DNA of 64,000 nucleotides, taken from positions 12,958,001-13,022,000 of the forward strand of contig CM120640.1 of NCBI GenBank assembly GCA_051362555.1, in the 5' to 3' direction. Source of the stretch: Lingula anatina. Lineage: Eukaryota > Animalia > Brachiopoda. This document shows positions 61,501 to 64,000 of the stretch, one piece after another (position 1 is the first letter of the stretch; every line of letters begins with the position of its first letter). Both the position numbers and the translations under genes were made by a program. Below the pieces are notes generated by a model. That model searched no databases. It saw only the letters and a program-made list of their open reading frames with translations, and was not told where the DNA came from.

Positions 61501-63676
61501 GTACAGAAGAGAACAAATTTCTTCAAAGCTTTTTTTCAAAGTACTCTAACAAACAATCCAAATTATTACCAGTCTCTTGTAAAGATATGAATATCTTCAA
61601 CATGAAGCAAAAACTGGCTTCACTCAAGTATAAGCAATAGGTCTTAAGAATGAATGAACATGCTACTGTCATTCTATTTCACAAACCAGGGCGAAAAAAC
61701 AAATCTAGGCCAACAAAAAAAGGCAAACCACGCCAAACAAATATATTATCCAAAGTCATGCAACCAAGAATCATTATCTAGGCGAGATAGTACAAATGAT
61801 AGCTTATGCCTCATACTTTCAGCCAGTAAAAAAAAACTGCCATTAATCTCTAGAGAGACATTATGCACATTGAGAGGAAAGTGGCTACTTAGCTTAAAGA
61901 GGCATAGTAGATTAACAAGACTTTGTCATACAAGTACATTACAAATACTTCTGAAGAAAATGGGCACTTTACTTAGAAATTTATGTTTGAGAAATGAGAA
62001 AAACTGATTTCAATATAACTGTACAGATCATTGTCATGAAAATAAATCAGTTTCTGCCTAGATAACTTCTGAGAGTTTTTACTTATGGAAGGAGGGGTAA
62101 GGGATTCAGGGAAAGTTCACCTCATCATATTTTCTATCGGCATCTTCAGCAATGTACTTGGCCTCCTGAAGCTGCTTCTCCAGCTCAGCAATACGCTCAT
62201 CATCAGTCATGGTACGGTTTTCCAGGGCTTTGCGACCTCTAGCAACGCACACAAAGAAGTAGGAGGTAGAAGTAATAAAGAGCCAACCAAAATAACATAA
62301 TAGGTTGTACAATAACAATAACAGGAATGACAATTGCAAAATAATAAATAAAGACATAGATACACCCACTGAAACTAAAAAAGAAAGCACTTGTGTGTTG
62401 AGGAGCTGTCCAAATAAAAAAGTGCCATTGATCAAGCCACCTAAGTGACATTTAGTATGGAGAGGGCCTAAAGGGGCAGGGCCTATACCAGGTGTAAGGG
62501 GGGGGGGGGGGGGGGGGGGGGGGGAGAGACAGAGGATGAGCTACCAAGTCTCAACATGCCTAAAGAGTTGCCTTGGTGTTCACCTCATCAAATTTACGGT
62601 CAGCATCTTCAGCAATATATTTAGCCTCCTTCAGCTGGGCTTCTAGGGTCTCTATTCTTTCATCATCCTGCTGTGTCCTGCCCTCTAATGCTTTACGCCC
62701 TCTGGTGGGACACAAAAGAAAGAACTGTGAAAAACCCAAAGGCAGGAACAGACACTTGCCAGAACAGAAAGTGGCAGTTAATCAAGTTGGACAGAGTAGA
62801 GCCATTGTTGTTCTTAGATCAATAAAGGGGATTGGGGGGAAAGGAGGGTTGCCACTTGGGCATATTAAAATGACCCTTCCAGACATGTGCCTCCAAAGCT
62901 GTTAACCTAAAGTGAAAAAAAAACAAAAAACACCTGAAATACAGAAAAGTTTTATTAATAAAAACAAAATTGCTGAAAAAGATACCAGATGCTGTTAGTT
63001 GGAGTTACCTACAAACACAGGCACATACCTCGTCAAATTTGCGTTCAGCTTCATCTGCAGTTTCTGTGGCTTCTCGAACCATCTGCTCAAGCATTCCAAT
63101 TCTATCATCATCAATATTGTTTCGGTTCTCAAGCACTTTTCGCGCTCTAGTGTAAGAAAAGATGCAAGGCTGTATGAACACACAGCAAACGTGCTAACAC
63201 AACACATGCAAGACAGTTTGTGAACAGAGAGTTTAACTCTTCCAACACGAAAAAACATCATAAAACAGATCTCCCAACTGCAATACAGACATTAAATGAC
63301 AGGACTATAAATTTCCATAAACCCAGCCCAACGAAATATCTTTACACATTTAGTGAGTCTGCAGTTTCATGTTTACATACATTGCTTCAAGCAACCCTTG
63401 TTATGTATAGGCAGGAGTGGTGATGATAATATCGCCAGGAAGATATAAACTGCTTGGTTCACAAAACTATGTGCATAGACACAAAACAGCAAGACATAAA
63501 ACAATACAAAATGCCACACTTTTTCCAATTTAAAAAGATGGCCGCGTTTGATGCATACCTCTTCGAACATTCGCTCTCGCTCTTCAGCAATACTGCGGGC
63601 ATGCTTGAACTGTTGTTCTAACTGTGCTATCCTATCCTCATCCAAATTACTTCTATTTTGCAGTACCCTGCAGGAT
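49478..63676 (-). CDS. Tropomyosin, 5'-partial (exons 4-9 equivalents), with duplicated alternative exons
   Basis: Exon sizes 118/71/76/63/70/83 match the canonical tropomyosin exon 4-9 pattern. Muscle-type path: GRKALENR...[10 protein letters not shown] / [24 protein letters not shown] / [25 protein letters not shown] / [16 protein letters not shown] / [23 protein letters not shown] / [12 protein letters not shown]. Confidence 0.96.
50153..50419. mobile_element. TTAA-type MITE copy 3 with both TIRs, in the tropomyosin last intron
   Basis: TTAA|AGGGATAAGAACTGTTT ... AAACAGTTGATATCCCT|TTCA; interior similar to copies 1 and 2. Confidence 0.75.
54254..54323 (-). CDS. Tropomyosin alternative exon 8b ([23 protein letters not shown])
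   Basis: 70 nt, CAG acceptor, GTAAGC donor; same phase as 8a and aligns to it. Confidence 0.85.
54685..54754 (-). CDS. Tropomyosin alternative exon 8a ([23 protein letters not shown])
   Basis: 70 nt, TAG acceptor, GTATGA donor. Confidence 0.93.
56109..56171 (-). CDS. Tropomyosin exon 7 ([21 protein letters not shown])
   Basis: 63 nt, TAG acceptor, GTATGT donor; only copy found. Confidence 0.93.
57309..57604. repeat. Minisatellite, about 52-bp unit, about 6 copies (one truncated)
   Basis: Unit GACATGCTTTGTGATTGGTTCAGACACCACTGTACTGTGATGTCCAGTATGT starts at about 57309, 57361, 57413, 57442, 57494 and 57546. Confidence 0.92.
57674..57749 (-). CDS. Tropomyosin alternative exon 6c ([25 protein letters not shown])
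   Basis: 76 nt, CAG acceptor, GTAAAA donor. Confidence 0.93.
58000..58189. repeat. Inverted repeat (18-bp perfect core, about 27-bp arms) between tropomyosin exons 6b and 6c
   Basis: TTTTTTCTCAAAACAAAA (58004-58021) is the reverse complement of 58165-58182; arms extend to AGTA.../...TACT with homopolymer indels. Confidence 0.7.
58241..58316 (-). CDS. Tropomyosin alternative exon 6b ([25 protein letters not shown])
   Basis: 76 nt, CAG acceptor, GTAGTT donor. Confidence 0.9.
58468..58543 (-). CDS. Tropomyosin alternative exon 6a ([25 protein letters not shown])
   Basis: 76 nt, CAG acceptor, GTAAGG donor. Confidence 0.9.
59336..59406 (-). CDS. Tropomyosin alternative exon 5b ([24 protein letters not shown])
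   Basis: 71 nt, TAG acceptor, GTGAGT donor. Confidence 0.92.
59770..59840 (-). CDS. Tropomyosin alternative exon 5a ([24 protein letters not shown])
   Basis: 71 nt, CAG acceptor, GTAAGT donor. Confidence 0.94.
62121..62238 (-). CDS. Tropomyosin alternative exon 4d ([39 protein letters not shown])
   Basis: 118 nt, AG/GT bounded. Confidence 0.93.
62498..62524. repeat. G27 homopolymer (poly-C on the tropomyosin transcript)
   Basis: Run of 27 G between exons 4c and 4d. Confidence 0.9.
62584..62701 (-). CDS. Tropomyosin alternative exon 4c ([39 protein letters not shown])
   Basis: 118 nt, AG/GT bounded. Confidence 0.93.
63029..63146 (-). CDS. Tropomyosin alternative exon 4b ([39 protein letters not shown])
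   Basis: 118 nt, AG/GT bounded. Confidence 0.92.
63559..63676 (-). CDS. Tropomyosin alternative exon 4a ([39 protein letters not shown])
   Basis: 118 nt, AG/GT bounded, same phase as 4b-4d. Confidence 0.85.
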
Positions 63677-64000
63677 CTACACCAGGCATGCAAGAAAATG
63701 ATTGAAGCGCTACCTGTTAGTGGATTCTGTACATGGATTAACATATAAAAGAAACTGTTGCGGAAAAGATCTTGCATAAATTCAAAAACAAGAAAGGGTT
63801 GATAGAAAAAAATTAACTTTGGATACAAAAGTCATACCAATACAATAAAACAGGTAGCAAGATATTAAATAATAAATAGTAAATGTTACAAAAACTTCTC
63901 TCATGCTATCCCCCTTCTTTCCCATGGTATAAATAATATGAAAACCCCGTATCTATCCAAGATCTACATTGTAACAGACTCAATAAAAGACCACTTTCAC

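Noticed and set aside
60177-62850. C-rich site 60177-60207 as a docking site for G-rich elements at 62087-62107 and 62827-62849
   Set aside because: Low-complexity purine/pyrimidine matches with several bulges; not distinguishable from chance by eye.

Overview
AT-rich, intron-rich animal genomic DNA, most likely a lophotrochozoan (tropomyosin ends FTELAGY; canonical miR-7). Five protein-coding genes can be rebuilt exon by exon with consistent splice phases. (1) The 3' part of a MAP7/ensconsin-like gene (+, 1379-13725). (2) PARP16-like mono-ADP-ribosyltransferase (+, 16277-19334, one GC-AG intron). (3) DET1 (-, 23581-20481). (4) hnRNP K (+, 31440-44573), head-to-head with DET1 and hosting miR-7 in its last intron. 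(5) The 3' part of a tropomyosin gene (-, 63676-49478) with four clusters of duplicated alternative exons (4x exon 4, 2x exon 5, 3x exon 6, 2x exon 8). Repeats include a young 935-bp foldback element with 427-bp arms and an 8-bp TSD, three copies of a TTAA-type MITE, a 52-bp minisatellite and a short tandem duplication. The most interesting unexplained signal is a set of intronic complementary elements in tropomyosin that pair across different exon clusters (5b-6b, 5a-6c, 6b-7, 4b-5b), suggesting RNA-structure-based coupling of exon choices. Other notable items: a dual-reading-frame last exon and a cassette SILK + RVxF (PP1-docking) module in the MAP7-like gene, and likely autoregulatory features in hnRNP K. 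All calls were made by eye; no database search was run.
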